Notes under the pieces: generated by a model
Told to the model about the DNA's origin: nothing
The model's input: the letters and a program-made list of their open reading frames with translations, nothing else
The model's database searches: none
Shown: positions 45,508 to 55,683 of the stretch, piece by piece
Layout: the number at the start of each line of letters is the position of its first letter
Numbering within the stretch: position 1 is the stretch's first letter
Position numbers and translations under genes: made by a program
Assembly: GCA_963707985.1 (NCBI GenBank)
Contig: CAVPRW010000032.1
Coordinates: 32,001 to 96,000, forward strand
Direction: 5' to 3'
Source: an uncultured Nitrospinota bacterium
Lineage (GTDB): Bacteria; Tectomicrobia; Entotheonellia; J063; CAVPRW01
Length of the DNA: 64,000 nucleotides

Positions 45508-45671
45508 AGTATTGGTATGGGGTCGAGTCCGGTCGTCTAAGAGAAGGGAACTATGTCGACACCCCCCGACGACCCTAGTCGTAATGATGCGGGAGCAGTG
45601 CCCAGAGCCGGTTGAAGGAGCAACCAGGACCTAGGGGGAGTCGACATGTGTGTAGACTGGCGAAGCGCGTG

Positions 45672-46712
45672 TTATCTGAACAGCGCCAGGCACTTCGGGG
45701 CATTAAAGAGCCACGTCTCACACCAATCAAGGAGTTTCATCTTGTAATCCAGCTCCGCCATGGCGCCTGCCAGGCAGACCCAGTTGAGGACCTCCTGTTG
45801 GCCAGCGGCCTCCATCTGCTGCAGTGGCAGGTCGCGCCACTTATCATACTCCCCTGCCTGGAGGTGCCCCAACAGCGCCCGATCCGCCGCCAGGTCGGGA
45901 TACATGTAGTGGTTCTTCTCCGTCAGGAAGCCGTGCGACCAGCTGGAAGAGGCCATCAGCACCACCCGCCAGGGGCTCTCTTTCAGAACACGGGCGGTGG
46001 CCTGTCCCATCTCGAAGCAGCGCCGCGGCGACGGGGACGGCGGATCTGGTTCGTCCGAGTATTGCGAGCCGCCGCCCCGGTTGCGAATGACGTTGCTCCC
46101 ATAGCAATTGACCGCCACGGGGAGGACGGGATAATCGAAGCCCTTGCGGTCCAGATCTAAGAACAGCAGCGTATTGGCGAAGGCATGGCCGAGCCCATCT
46201 TCATGCAAGGGCCGATAGGCATAGGACATATCGATGCCTTCCTCCAGGAGACGACGGGCCAAAAACCTCCCCGCAGCGTGGTGTCCAGGATTGTTGAATA
46301 CCTTGTCTTCCGGCTCGCCCCAAATGTTCGGACGGCCGCGCAGGCGCTTGTAGGGCGCGAAGTCGAGCTTATCATAGGCCAGAACACAGAAGGGGGGAAT
46401 GATGTCTTCTTTGAAATTCTCGTACTGGTCATCTCCCCACATGACGATAAGATCGGGTTTAAAGGCGTCGATCTCCTCCCGAATGGTGCGGAAGGCACTG
46501 AATACACGCGCCCGGTGTGCCTTGTGGGCAGCAATCCCTTCATCATCGCCGAATTCCATGCGCATCGGCTCTGGCCAGTTGGCGGGATTCTTCATGTGCT
46601 CGGGGATACGCGGATCGCTGTGCAACATCCGTGCTAACGGCCATGGCTTGTATTCGTCCGGCACCAAGCCTGGCGGATAGTGGGTTGCTCCGATACCTAA
46701 GATCTCTCCCAT
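45672..46712 (-). CDS. Extradiol ring-cleavage dioxygenase, LigB-like
   Basis: GIGATHYP, WGDDQYENF, GLGHAF, MASSSWSHGF. Confidence 0.85.
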   Translation of the reverse strand: MGEILGIGATHYPPGLVPDEYKPWPLARMLHSDPRIPEHMKNPANWPEPMRMEFGDDEGIAAHKAHRARVFSAFRTIREEIDAFKPDLIVMWGDDQYENFKEDIIPPFCVLAYDKLDFAPYKRLRGRPNIWGEPEDKVFNNPGHHAAGRFLARRLLEEGIDMSYAYRPLHEDGLGHAFANTLLFLDLDRKGFDYPVLPVAVNCYGSNVIRNRGGGSQYSDEPDPPSPSPRRCFEMGQATARVLKESPWRVVLMASSSWSHGFLTEKNHYMYPDLAADRALLGHLQAGEYDKWRDLPLQQMEAAGQQEVLNWVCLAGAMAELDYKMKLLDWCETWLFNAPKCLALFR

Positions 46713-46928
46713 GGGTGAGCCCTCCCTTTCCGTTGCCCACAGTTCTGGACGTCCCCTCTACCCTACTCGCCTTGCGTGCTTAGTGTCAAGTCCTGACGTT
46801 TGTTTTTGATTTCCCATGCTGCGATCGTTCATGCTATCCTCGTCAGCGGAACCATGAGGAGGATGCAACGTGACACCCTGCCTTCCCATGAAGGCCAGGT
46901 GTCGGCTGGTGTCGTCGAGAGGAGGGTG

Positions 46929-48071
46929 ATGATGGGGTTGCAATTCGGCATCTTCGACCATATCGAGCCCGTGCCGGGTGAGACGTTAACGCAGATTTAC
47001 CGGGAGCGCTTGCATCTTCTGGAGCGCTATGATGCCGCAGGATTCTATGCCTATCATCTTGCCGAGCATCATACCCCTGCAGTCCACAGTCTGGCCCCGT
47101 CGCAGAATGTCTTCCTAGCCGCCGCCTCGCAGCGCACCCGACAGTTGCGGCTGGCACCGTGCATTTATGTGCTACCACTCCATCATCCATTACGATTGAT
47201 CGAAGAAGTCTGCATGCTTGACCATCTCAGCGATGGTCGCCTAGAAGTCGGTGTCGGGCGTGGCGGCGTGCTCGAAGCCTATTTTTGGGGCAGTGATCCC
47301 GACGTCGAGCAAAATCTGACGCGTTACCGCGAAACCCTTGCCATCCTCAAACTGGGGTTGAGCCATGAGGAGTTAACGTTCAAGGGCGAATTTTACAGTT
47401 TCGATGCCCTCCCTATGCGGTTGCGCCCCAAGCAGCAGCCCTACCCACCCATGTGGTATATGCGTAATGTGGAGACCGCTGCCATGGATGGCATGAACAC
47501 GGTGATCGTTGGCTCCCTGGATAGCTTTGAGGTCAACGTCGCCCGCTATCATGAGCTCTGGACAGAGCATCAAGGTGCACAGGGACGAACCATCCAGGGG
47601 ACAGCGCCCAAGATTGGTCTGGTGAATCATATCGTGCTGGCGGATTCAGAGGCGGAGGCGGTGAGAATCGCCACGCCGGCCTGGGGCGAATATGTGTGGA
47701 ATCTTGAGGCTCCACGTCGGTTGGAGGCCGAGCAGCGCGGCCTGACGCAATTCCTCGGGGGCAACATGAACCGGCGACCGGCAGGCTTGCCCGACCGCGA
47801 GGCAGACCGTGAGCGCTACCGGATGCGCGAGATCTCTGAGGCACAACGGCACCGGCGCGTGACCCCAGGGGGCATCGGTGGGGATGGCCGCGGGGCTGGC
47901 TTTAGCGTCATCGCCGGCACACCGGACTCCATCCGCACCTATATGGACGAGTATGTTGCCACTGGCGCCAATTACTTCGTGTGCTCGTTTCAATGGGGTG
48001 GTCTCACCCACGATCAGGCCATGCGCTCCATCGATCTCTTCGTCGAGGAGATTATGCCACAGTATCGATAG
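46929..48071 (+). CDS. LLM-class flavin-dependent oxidoreductase
   Basis: FGIFDH, YHLAEHH, HPLRLIEEVCMLDHLSDGRLEVGVGRG. Confidence 0.92.
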   Translation: MMGLQFGIFDHIEPVPGETLTQIYRERLHLLERYDAAGFYAYHLAEHHTPAVHSLAPSQNVFLAAASQRTRQLRLAPCIYVLPLHHPLRLIEEVCMLDHLSDGRLEVGVGRGGVLEAYFWGSDPDVEQNLTRYRETLAILKLGLSHEELTFKGEFYSFDALPMRLRPKQQPYPPMWYMRNVETAAMDGMNTVIVGSLDSFEVNVARYHELWTEHQGAQGRTIQGTAPKIGLVNHIVLADSEAEAVRIATPAWGEYVWNLEAPRRLEAEQRGLTQFLGGNMNRRPAGLPDREADRERYRMREISEAQRHRRVTPGGIGGDGRGAGFSVIAGTPDSIRTYMDEYVATGANYFVCSFQWGGLTHDQAMRSIDLFVEEIMPQYR

Positions 48072-48199
48072 CGACACCCTTGTCTTGGGAGTATGCCCCA
48101 ACTTTGCGGGTCATCCCACGAGGGAGGGCGGAGAACGTTTCACGTCCGTCCTATTGTTTGCAGAGAACGGTACGAGGGCACCGATAGGTTTCGCGGCCG

Positions 48200-48720
48200 C
48201 AGAGAACCCACGTATAGCTCTCTGCCATCATCGAAGCGCCCCAGTGGAGGCAGTACCTGGGCAATCTCGCGTGCTGCCGCGTTCGCGACGAAGATTGCTC
48301 CGCCGATCAGCGTGAGTTTCTTCGCCGGTTGCCCCGGAGCGAAATCCATGTCAGGCAGATCCACCCAACACACGTTCGGGCTACGCACTGATTCAAAGTC
48401 ATCGCGCTTGTTCTTATGATCCGAGACCATGCGCCAGATGGTAGACGAGATGTTCGGTTGCCCTGGCATTGAGATGCCCAGCGCTACCGATACATTGCAA
48501 ATCACCGAAAAGGCACTGGCAATCGCTTCCACGTTGTAGGCTGTCTTGGAAATGGCATTGATCTAAAACGAGGCTCGCGCCAACTGATCGGCCGCGCGAT
48601 TGGCGCCGGGCAGCATGGTCACTCCCCCGATTTGCTGCCAGTAGGCATCGAGGGCCAGTTGCTGATCGTAGTCTGGCGAGTTGGTCATGACCTGATACTG
48701 GCGACCATCATGATGAACTA
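48200..48720 (-). pseudogene. Linear amide C-N hydrolase (choloylglycine hydrolase/penicillin V acylase family), C-terminal remnant
   Basis: GRQYQVMTNSPDYDQQL...MLPGANRAAD..RASF*...NVSVALGISMPGQPNISSTIWR; stop codon present and N-terminus missing. Confidence 0.8.
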
Positions 48721-48765
48721 ATTGCAGGCGCTGAAGTCGATGATGTGCTCGACGATAGCCTCTCC

Positions 48766-49467
48766 TTATCTTCCATGTATTTTCCTCCCGATGGCCTTCT
48801 CCTCAAGCGTCCCCAACTCCTCCAAGAGGGCTTCAAGGGAGAACCCCTCCTCCAGGTCAATCTGCCAGATCAGATTGCCTTGGCCCCACGCGACAGAAAA
48901 TGTCCCCATGAGTGTGCTCTCAAGTGTCAGCGTCTCATGGTCCCACGGATGTGTGTAGATATGGATCGCGCCGGACCGCCCATCATACTGCCCGCCCCGT
49001 TCAACGTCCTCCTCATAGACCACATCAAAGATCGCCTTGAGGTCCTCTCGGGTATACCGGTAATTCACCTCGACGGCGGCTGCCTGCGTCGCCAGCCGCG
49101 TCTCGTCCTCCTCTACCTCGGATCTGCCTCCTGGCGATCGTGCCTCGGACACGAACTCCGCTTTCACCTCGTTGACAATGCAGTCCACGATCTCCTGAGC
49201 GTCGATGACAAAATCATCCTGGGCCAGCGGTGCCACGATGTGCGACCGAACGTCCTCGTACCACAAGAGTGCCATCTCCTCCGTGGTGATTTCAAGTAAT
49301 AAGGCAAGGGCCAACTGCGCCGACCCGCTGCCGCCATCGCCCCACGAGAACCCATCAGGACTGTGGTTTCTCACGCGCAAGCTCCGCTCAGGGCGCACCT
49401 CCCTGCCACCGATCCACACCTGTTTTGTGTCCCAATTCCCTCGGATCTCCATCACAGTCTCCCTCAT
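48766..49467 (-). CDS. DUF6166-like domain protein with an acidic C-terminal domain
   Basis: SLRVRNHSPDGFSWGDGGSGSAQLALALL signature. Confidence 0.7.
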   Translation of the reverse strand: MRETVMEIRGNWDTKQVWIGGREVRPERSLRVRNHSPDGFSWGDGGSGSAQLALALLLEITTEEMALLWYEDVRSHIVAPLAQDDFVIDAQEIVDCIVNEVKAEFVSEARSPGGRSEVEEDETRLATQAAAVEVNYRYTREDLKAIFDVVYEEDVERGGQYDGRSGAIHIYTHPWDHETLTLESTLMGTFSVAWGQGNLIWQIDLEEGFSLEALLEELGTLEEKAIGRKIHGR

Positions 49468-49550
49468 TCACAGGCTCCCACGTGGAATCGCCCCATGATC
49501 GCCAGGCCACCCCCGCTTGTCAATCGCACGATTACGCTCGTGACGTCAAT

Positions 49551-49579
49551 AAAAAAACCCGATCAGCCAGACGATCGGG
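49551..49579 (-). terminator. Rho-independent terminator
   Basis: Minus strand CCCGATC-8 nt-GATCGGG followed by TTTTTTT. Confidence 0.7.
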
Positions 49580-49687
49580 CCTGTTGTCCTTGCCTCTCCA
49601 ACGTCCTGAGGTGTTCATCAATACTCGCGCTGAAGTACTGACTTCTTCCATTCGCCAACTTTTCCCAGCCTTTAAGACCCTTCCCAG

Positions 49688-50128
49688 TTGAAGGAGGCCT
49701 GGCCAGATCTTTGGGGTCCGCGCTTAAAGTATGTCCTACTCTCCAGCCTGCTCTGGCTGTTCAGTCTGAACGGCGCAACCTCGCTGGATCTGCACCGATT
49801 CCTGGTGGAGCTGGAATGTCGGCAGAGGCTGGGCAGTCGACTCAGGGATCCCCAGTTCCTCCAGTTCTGGCACCAGGAGTTCGCCACCTACACCAAAACG
49901 TTTCGGACTGAAGTCATGGCGCCGATCGTCAATAAGATCGGGCAATACCTTACGACCCCACTCGTGCGCCATATCATCGGCCGGCGCACCAGCGCGGTTT
50001 CCTGTCGCACGGTTATAGATGCTGGAGGCATCGTGCTGGCCAATCTGGCCAAGGGCCGGAGCGGCCAGGATGTCTCGATGCTTCTAAAATCATCGCTCGT
50101 CAACCAGCTCGCGGAAGAACTCCGCTAG
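49688..50128 (+). pseudogene. Internal fragment of a VirD4/TraD-like coupling ATPase, cut by the adjacent IS
   Basis: WGPRLKYVL...FWHQEF...EVMAPIVNKIGQYL...IVLANLAKGRSG; ends exactly at the IS boundary. Confidence 0.7.
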
Positions 50129-52070
50129 CGCGACTTTCCGAAAATTCATCGTCTGCTCGTACTGGATAGGTCAGGAAGTATTTGACAAGCCTGGCTTAGG
50201 AGTATGGTCCCTTTCCTGAGAACGTATACATAATCGATGAGCATAAAAAGATCATTAGTACAAATGAGTTGACGGGACCATGTAGGCGATCTATACATAA
50301 TCTATGGCCAGCCTCCAGCGCGTAAAAGTCGGTCGCCACACCGACTACCGGATCGTGGAGTCCCGCCGGGTCAACGGGAAACCGCGGCCGATTCCCGTCT
50401 TGCATCTGGGCACGGCCGAGCAACTCCTCCAGCGGCTGCTGACGCACCCCCAGCCCCCCTTCACCCGCCGGTCCTACCCACATGGGGATGTGGCCGCCTT
50501 GAAGGCCATGGCCGATCGGCTCGGGCTGGTGGCCCTGATCGATCGCCATCTCCCCACCTCCCGGCGCCCCCTCTCCATTGGCACCACCCTCGTGCTGGCG
50601 GCGATCAATCGAGCCGTGTGGCCCTGCTCCAAGCGCGCCTGGGCTGCCTGGGCCCAACGGACCTCGGTCCACCGCCTCTTCGACATCCACCCAGAGGCCC
50701 TGACCAGCCAGTATTGCTGGGATCAGATGGACGCCGTGTCAGGGGTGGCGTTGGAGGCCATCGAGGCAGAGCTCACCCGCACCGTGGTCGATGACTTCCA
50801 CCTCAAACTGGACACCCTTGTCTACGACACCGCCAACTTTTTCACCGACCTGGCCAGCGGCAATGAGCGCGCCGCCATCGCCCAGCGGGGCCACTCCAAG
50901 CAGAAACGCTTCGATCTGCGCCAGTTCAGCTTGGCCCTCTTGGTGGCCCGTGACGGGCAGATCCCCCTGTATGCCGACATCTACGAGGGCAATACGGTGG
51001 ATGCCACGCGGTTTCCCGCCTCCCTCACCGCCATCCGGCACCGGGTGGAGCACGTGGTCGGCCAATTAGAGGACCTCACCCTGGTCTACGACAAAGGCAA
51101 CAACTCCAAGTCCAATCAGGCGCTGGTCGACCAGCGCCCGGTGCACTATGTCGCCTCCCTCGTACCCAGCCAACACGCCGACCTCAGCGCGATTCCCGCG
51201 GCAGCCTACACCCCCTTGGGCCCAGGGCCATTGGCCAAGCTCCCCGTGTAGCGCTGTGAGCACACCATTTGGGGCGTGGAGCGGACGGTGGTCCTCTTCA
51301 TCAGCGCCAAGCTGCGGATGGGCCCAATCCGGGGCCTCCACCAGCACATTGACCAAACGGGTACAGGCCCTCACCCAGTGGCAACAGACCTTGGCCAGAC
51401 CCCACAGCGGCCCGCGCACCCCCGCCAACGCCCGCAAGCAGGTGGCGGCCCTGTTGACGGGACAGTACATCCCCCAGGTGTGAAAGATCGTGTACGACGG
51501 GCAGCACACAGGGGCCCACCGATTGACGTGGGGGATTGACCACGCCGCGCTCGAGCAGCTGGAAACGGAGGTCTTCGGCAAGCGGATCCTGAGCACCGAT
51601 CAGCATGCGTGGTCCACCGCGGAGATCATCCTGGCCTATCGGGGGCAGAGCCGGGCCGAGGCCATCTTCCGCCAGCTCAAGGATGTCCGTCACCTGGCCG
51701 TGCGCCCGCAATACCACTGGACCGACCACAAGATCCGCGTCCATACGTTCATCTGTATGCTGGCGCTCCTGCTCAGCCGCCTCGTGGAGCGCGAGAGTCG
51801 GAGCGCAGGCTATCAAGGCAGTCTGTCGAGCCTCCTAGATGTCCTCGGGTCCATCCGCCTGGCCATGGTCCGGTGGCCCGCGGAGTCCCCCCGAGGGCAA
51901 CCTCGCTGTGGGTGGGTCTTGGAAGAGCGTGAGCCAGAGGCCTGGCATCTTTATCAGCGCTTGGTCCCTCCAGTCCCCCCATGTGTGTATACGGCTGAAT
52001 CGGGCTAAAATGCCCTTCTAGCCTTCGTTTATCATCGCTCAATAGATACTGTTTCGGAAAGTCGCGCTAG
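50125..52070 (+). mobile_element. IS1634-family insertion sequence
   Basis: Perfect 19-bp inverted repeats CTAGCGCGACTTTCCGAAA (50125-50143 and 52052-52070) enclosing the transposase. Confidence 0.9.
50304..52008 (+). pseudogene. IS1634-family transposase with internal stops and frameshifts
   Basis: YRIVESRRVNGKPR, VYDTANF, GHSKQKRFDLRQ, YEGNTVD, VYDKGNNS, AYRGQSRAEAIFRQLK, RPQYHWTDHKIRVH; stops near 51249 and 51481. Confidence 0.88.
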
Positions 52071-52309
52071 GCGATTCTCGGCAATGTCGGAACCATAGTG
52101 GTCTTTCGTGTGGGGGCGCGTGATGCAGGGATGCTGGCCCCGGAGTCTTCCCCGGACGTGTCCCCCACGGACTTCGTGAGTCGGCACAACCGCCAGGCCT
52201 ATCTGAGAGAGTGTTCAATTGCAGAGAGATATTAACCCTATTCATCTCTCTATCTCATTGATTTATCAAGAGAGTTGTTCTACCTATCTCTCTAGTTTTT
52301 AACACTCTC

Positions 52310-52500
52310 AACAATGGACGGCTGCGGTGCTCGTCCCATGAAGAAATGGAGCGACTGCTCGCAGTGTCTGATGAAGGGTTAGCCCCAGTCCTCATCACCG
52401 CGCTCCATACGGGGCTCCGTCGAGGGGGACTCTTTCATCTAACGTGGCAGGACATCGACTTCAAGCTGGGGGTCGTTCGTGTACGGCAGAATCGCTTACG
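52310..52500 (+). pseudogene. Tyrosine integrase remnant adjacent to the tRNA 3' end
   Basis: EEMERLL...LITALHTGLRRGGLFHLTWQDIDF (box I); box II absent. Confidence 0.8.
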
Positions 52501-52535
52501 GGGACCCGTGACATGTGGTCAGGCCCTGAGGGGAC

Positions 52536-52611
52536 TGGAGCGGGACACGGGTCTCGAACCCGCGACCTTCGCCTTGGCAAGGCGACGCTCTACCAACTGA
52601 GCTAGTCCCGC
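52536..52611 (-). tRNA. tRNA-Gly (GCC)
   Basis: GCGGGACTAGCTCAGTTGGTAGAGCGTCGCCTTGCCAAGGCGAAGGTCGCGGGTTCGAGACCCGTGTCCCGCTCCA; 76 nt, cloverleaf, encoded CCA. Confidence 0.98.
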
Positions 52612-52796
52612 CCCTCGTGAGGCCCCTGAACCTTCAACCGAGTATGTCAGCAGAAAAGCTAGAATCAGGTGACAGGAACATAACCCAAAAGCCTTCCTCA
52701 AGTCAAGCGCGATTTTTGACATCTTCTCGCACTGCTCTAGCGCGAGAAGGCAGCTGTTCGCTGTCCATCAACTGCTCTTGCAGAGACCTGGTGAGA

Positions 52797-53285
52797 TTAG
52801 CTTGACAGCTTATATCCAAACCGCCTGAGCAATGCTTTACGCTCTTCCATGTCTTCCGCGGTTTCGATTCCTTGCGATTTGAAGCCATCCACCACGCCCA
52901 GAATCGCCCGTCCCTGGTCGGTTTCCCCGACAATTACCTCTACGGGGTTAGCGGTGGCACAGAAAATGTGACAGACCTCTGGGACATTCTTTACGGCGTT
53001 GAGGACGTTGATGGGGAAGGCATTGCGTAAGAGAATGAGAAAGGCATGTCCGGCAGAGAGGGTTAGGGCATTACGCTGCGCCAGTTCCAGGAGCTCGGGA
53101 TCGGTCCCGCTGACGCGCACCAGGCACGGACCAGAGGCCTCGCAAAACGCTAGCCCAAACTTGATCCCCCCGACGCACGTCACCAGGGCTTCGTGCAGAT
53201 CCTCAACCGTTTTGATGAAATGCGATTGGCCGAGGATAAAATTGATCTCGTCTGGTTTCTCGATCTTCACAGTCAGCAGTTCCAT
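52797..53285 (-). CDS. DUF355 family (adenosine-specific kinase-like) protein
   Basis: [41 protein letters not shown]. Confidence 0.9.
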   Translation of the reverse strand: MELLTVKIEKPDEINFILGQSHFIKTVEDLHEALVTCVGGIKFGLAFCEASGPCLVRVSGTDPELLELAQRNALTLSAGHAFLILLRNAFPINVLNAVKNVPEVCHIFCATANPVEVIVGETDQGRAILGVVDGFKSQGIETAEDMEERKALLRRFGYKLSS

Positions 53286-53641
53286 CCTCGGTCCTCTCCA
53301 CTATCGAGAGTTATCTGCTCGAGATGTGAATAATATCGTCGGCGGGTCAGCTTTGTCCAAGTCGCCACTCGCGCTCCACAGGTCTTGTGTAGCATAGATG
53401 GGTGCAGCGGTCAAGCCGGGCAGGGGAGCCCGTGAGCCTCATGCGCATAGCGCCCCCTCACTCCACGATGTTTTCACCATGGGTAATGCGAGCGATTGAC
53501 CATGGCGGGGCACTCGTGTTAACTAGCGTAGGTCAATGGTCTGCTGTCATAGGCATGGACCAGAGGCCTGTCATCGTTTCATCGAGGCTCTAGGAGAATT
53601 GTGTTGAGGTCATTGCACGCGAGGTCTGCGAGGAGACGAAG

Positions 53642-53980
53642 ATGCCAGAGTATCTGACCGTAGCGCGTGTCACTGCGCTGCCTCCTGGGATGGGAAGGGT
53701 GGTGACGGTGAAGGGACAGGAACTCGCGGTCTTCAACGTCGAGGGAAAGTTCCACGCCATGGACAACCGCTGCCCGCATCAAGATTACCCACTGGGGATG
53801 AGTCCCATTTTCGACAACTCGGTGGTTTGTATCGGGCATGCCTGGCGTTTCGACATCAAAAGCGGCGAATGCCACTCTGTGCCTGGTGTTCGTGTGCGTA
53901 CGTATGAGTTGATCATCGAGGGAGATGAGGTCAAGATCCAGGACGACGCCATTCCCGACCAGCATACGACGCGCCTTTAA
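53642..53980 (+). CDS. Rieske [2Fe-2S] ferredoxin
   Basis: CPH...CIGH ligands. Confidence 0.92.
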   Translation: MPEYLTVARVTALPPGMGRVVTVKGQELAVFNVEGKFHAMDNRCPHQDYPLGMSPIFDNSVVCIGHAWRFDIKSGECHSVPGVRVRTYELIIEGDEVKIQDDAIPDQHTTRL

Positions 53981-53993
53981 CCGGCACGAGCGA

Positions 53994-54020
53994 GGGGACA
54001 CCGAAGGCTCAGGTGTCCCC
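53994..54020. terminator. Hairpin between convergent genes
   Basis: GGGGACACC-9 nt-GGTGTCCCC; no U-tract. Confidence 0.5.
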
Positions 54021-54040
54021 CACTGCTGATTGTCACCCCG

Positions 54041-54532
54041 TCAGGATAAATCTTGCAATCGCCGGTATTTCCCGCGGTGAAAGACCAGCGGCGAGACTTC
54101 GCGCATCACTTCGCCCCAGACGACCTCTCCAATGAAAATCGAATGGTCTCCTCCAGGGAACACTTCGGTTACACGGCATTCGAGGTAGGCCACGCAATCG
54201 TCCAAGATTGGCGAGCCCGTCTGCCCTGGATGGTATGGATGGCCCATGAGGCGTCGGGCATCTTCGGAATCACGGCTGGCCAGTGCCCGCGATATATGTT
54301 CTTGATCTTCGGCCAGAATGTTGACGGCGAACGATTTGGCTTCATCGAGAAATTGATGGGTAATCGTGCGCTTGTCCACACAGATCAACAGCAGCAGAGG
54401 ATCCAGGGAGACGGACGTCACAGCATTCGCCGTCATCCCCCGCACCTCACCTTCACGCGCCATGGTGATAATCGTCACCCCCGTCGGGAAGCATCCGATG
54501 AGCTGTCGATATTCATCCTTCGTCAATGCCAT
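54041..54532 (-). CDS. Flavin reductase family protein
   Basis: FPTGVTIIT, GMTANAVTSVSLDP, GGDHSIFIGEV. Confidence 0.94.
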   Translation of the reverse strand: MALTKDEYRQLIGCFPTGVTIITMAREGEVRGMTANAVTSVSLDPLLLLICVDKRTITHQFLDEAKSFAVNILAEDQEHISRALASRDSEDARRLMGHPYHPGQTGSPILDDCVAYLECRVTEVFPGGDHSIFIGEVVWGEVMREVSPLVFHRGKYRRLQDLS

Positions 54533-54582
54533 ATGTATGCCCTTTCTACGGGCTGTCCGCCCTCTCGTCGACCGCCGGCAAC

Positions 54583-55197
54583 CTAGCGCACGCCAAACCT
54601 TTCCAGGACCTGGAGATAATCCTGCAGCGGTACCGCACCGACCACTCGGACTTGGCCGAAGAAGACCGTGGGCACAGCCGTCACCATGAAGCGGTTGATG
54701 GCTTCTTCGTATTCCTCAATGGCCAGTTTGTGCCCCTCACCCGCAGCGAAATCAACGCTGAATCGATCCATGTCCAGATGACACTCTTCGGCAACCGTCA
54801 AGATCTCCGCGCCTTGGGCAATGTTCATGCCCCTGGTGAAGAACGCCTCAAACAAGGCATAGTGCATGCGCTCATAAGCCTCCTTACTCTGGAACGCAGC
54901 GCACTTGGCGGCAGCCAGAGCCGGTATACTCCAGTTGGGGAAATCGTCGCGTTCCCACATTTTGAACACCACGCCGTCGGGGGCTGCCAGACGAGCCGCT
55001 CGCTGCCAACCTAATTCACGACGGGTGCCACGGAACTGCGCGGTTGGATCGGGTGAGGGCCGTAGCGCGAAGCTCCGGCGCTCGATCAGCACGCGCTCCC
55101 CGAACCGCTCTTCGATCGTCCGCAGCCGCACGGCTGCAGGATAGCACCAGGGTCAAAGGTAATCCGAGATTTCCACTATCCGCAACGGCTCGTTCAT
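54583..55197 (-). CDS. DsbA/FrnE-like thioredoxin-fold oxidoreductase, probable selenoprotein (U-P-W-C)
   Basis: AGGGAGAGGT RBS, MNEPLRIVEISDYL-TGA-PWCYPAAVRL in frame with the 182-aa ORF; cis-Pro motif TAVPT near the C-terminus. Confidence 0.85.
55120..55140 (-). promoter_or_regulatory. Candidate bacterial SECIS hairpin
   Basis: CCT-GCAGCC-GTGC-GGCTGC-GG; apical loop begins with G, 21 nt after the UGA. Confidence 0.65.
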
Positions 55198-55683
55198 CCG
55201 ACCTCTCCCTATCCGCTGGTTATCTCTGTGGTTTTTGTCATATGTTCCTTGGGCGCCGCACATAGACCACCCAGGAGCGCTTCTAGAGCCTCCCTGACTC
55301 CCTCGCCCCCGCGCCACGCTTGTCGTGATCGTTCTCAGCCTCATGGTAATAAACGGGCTCAAGTCTGTCAACGATGCTGTATCAACGACGAGATAAGCCT
55401 GCTACGGGCAGGTCACTCTGAACAAGAATGAACCCAGAAGGCACAAAGCTCGGGTAGATCTGTGGTCTCGATGCACAACGGCTGACGTGAAAAAATGGTT
55501 GACAATCCCGCAGTCCCCCAGCATATATATCTCGCAGAACCCGCGGTATCCCGCTGATTGGGACCTGTGATAGGCATCCGCACGCGTCGTGTAGCATCCC
55601 GTGGGTACATCCCTGCCGTGTGCCGCTCTGTGCGCGCGCGGCGCTGTAATGGGCGGCACTTTCGCGAAGGGAGGGAGGCTGCG

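Noticed and set aside
55152..55158. CTT TGA C in the DsbA-like gene is identical to the RF2 +1 frameshift heptamer
   Set aside because: There is no upstream internal SD, the +1 frame stops after about 22 codons, and the 0 frame restores the PWC motif. Sec readthrough fits better.
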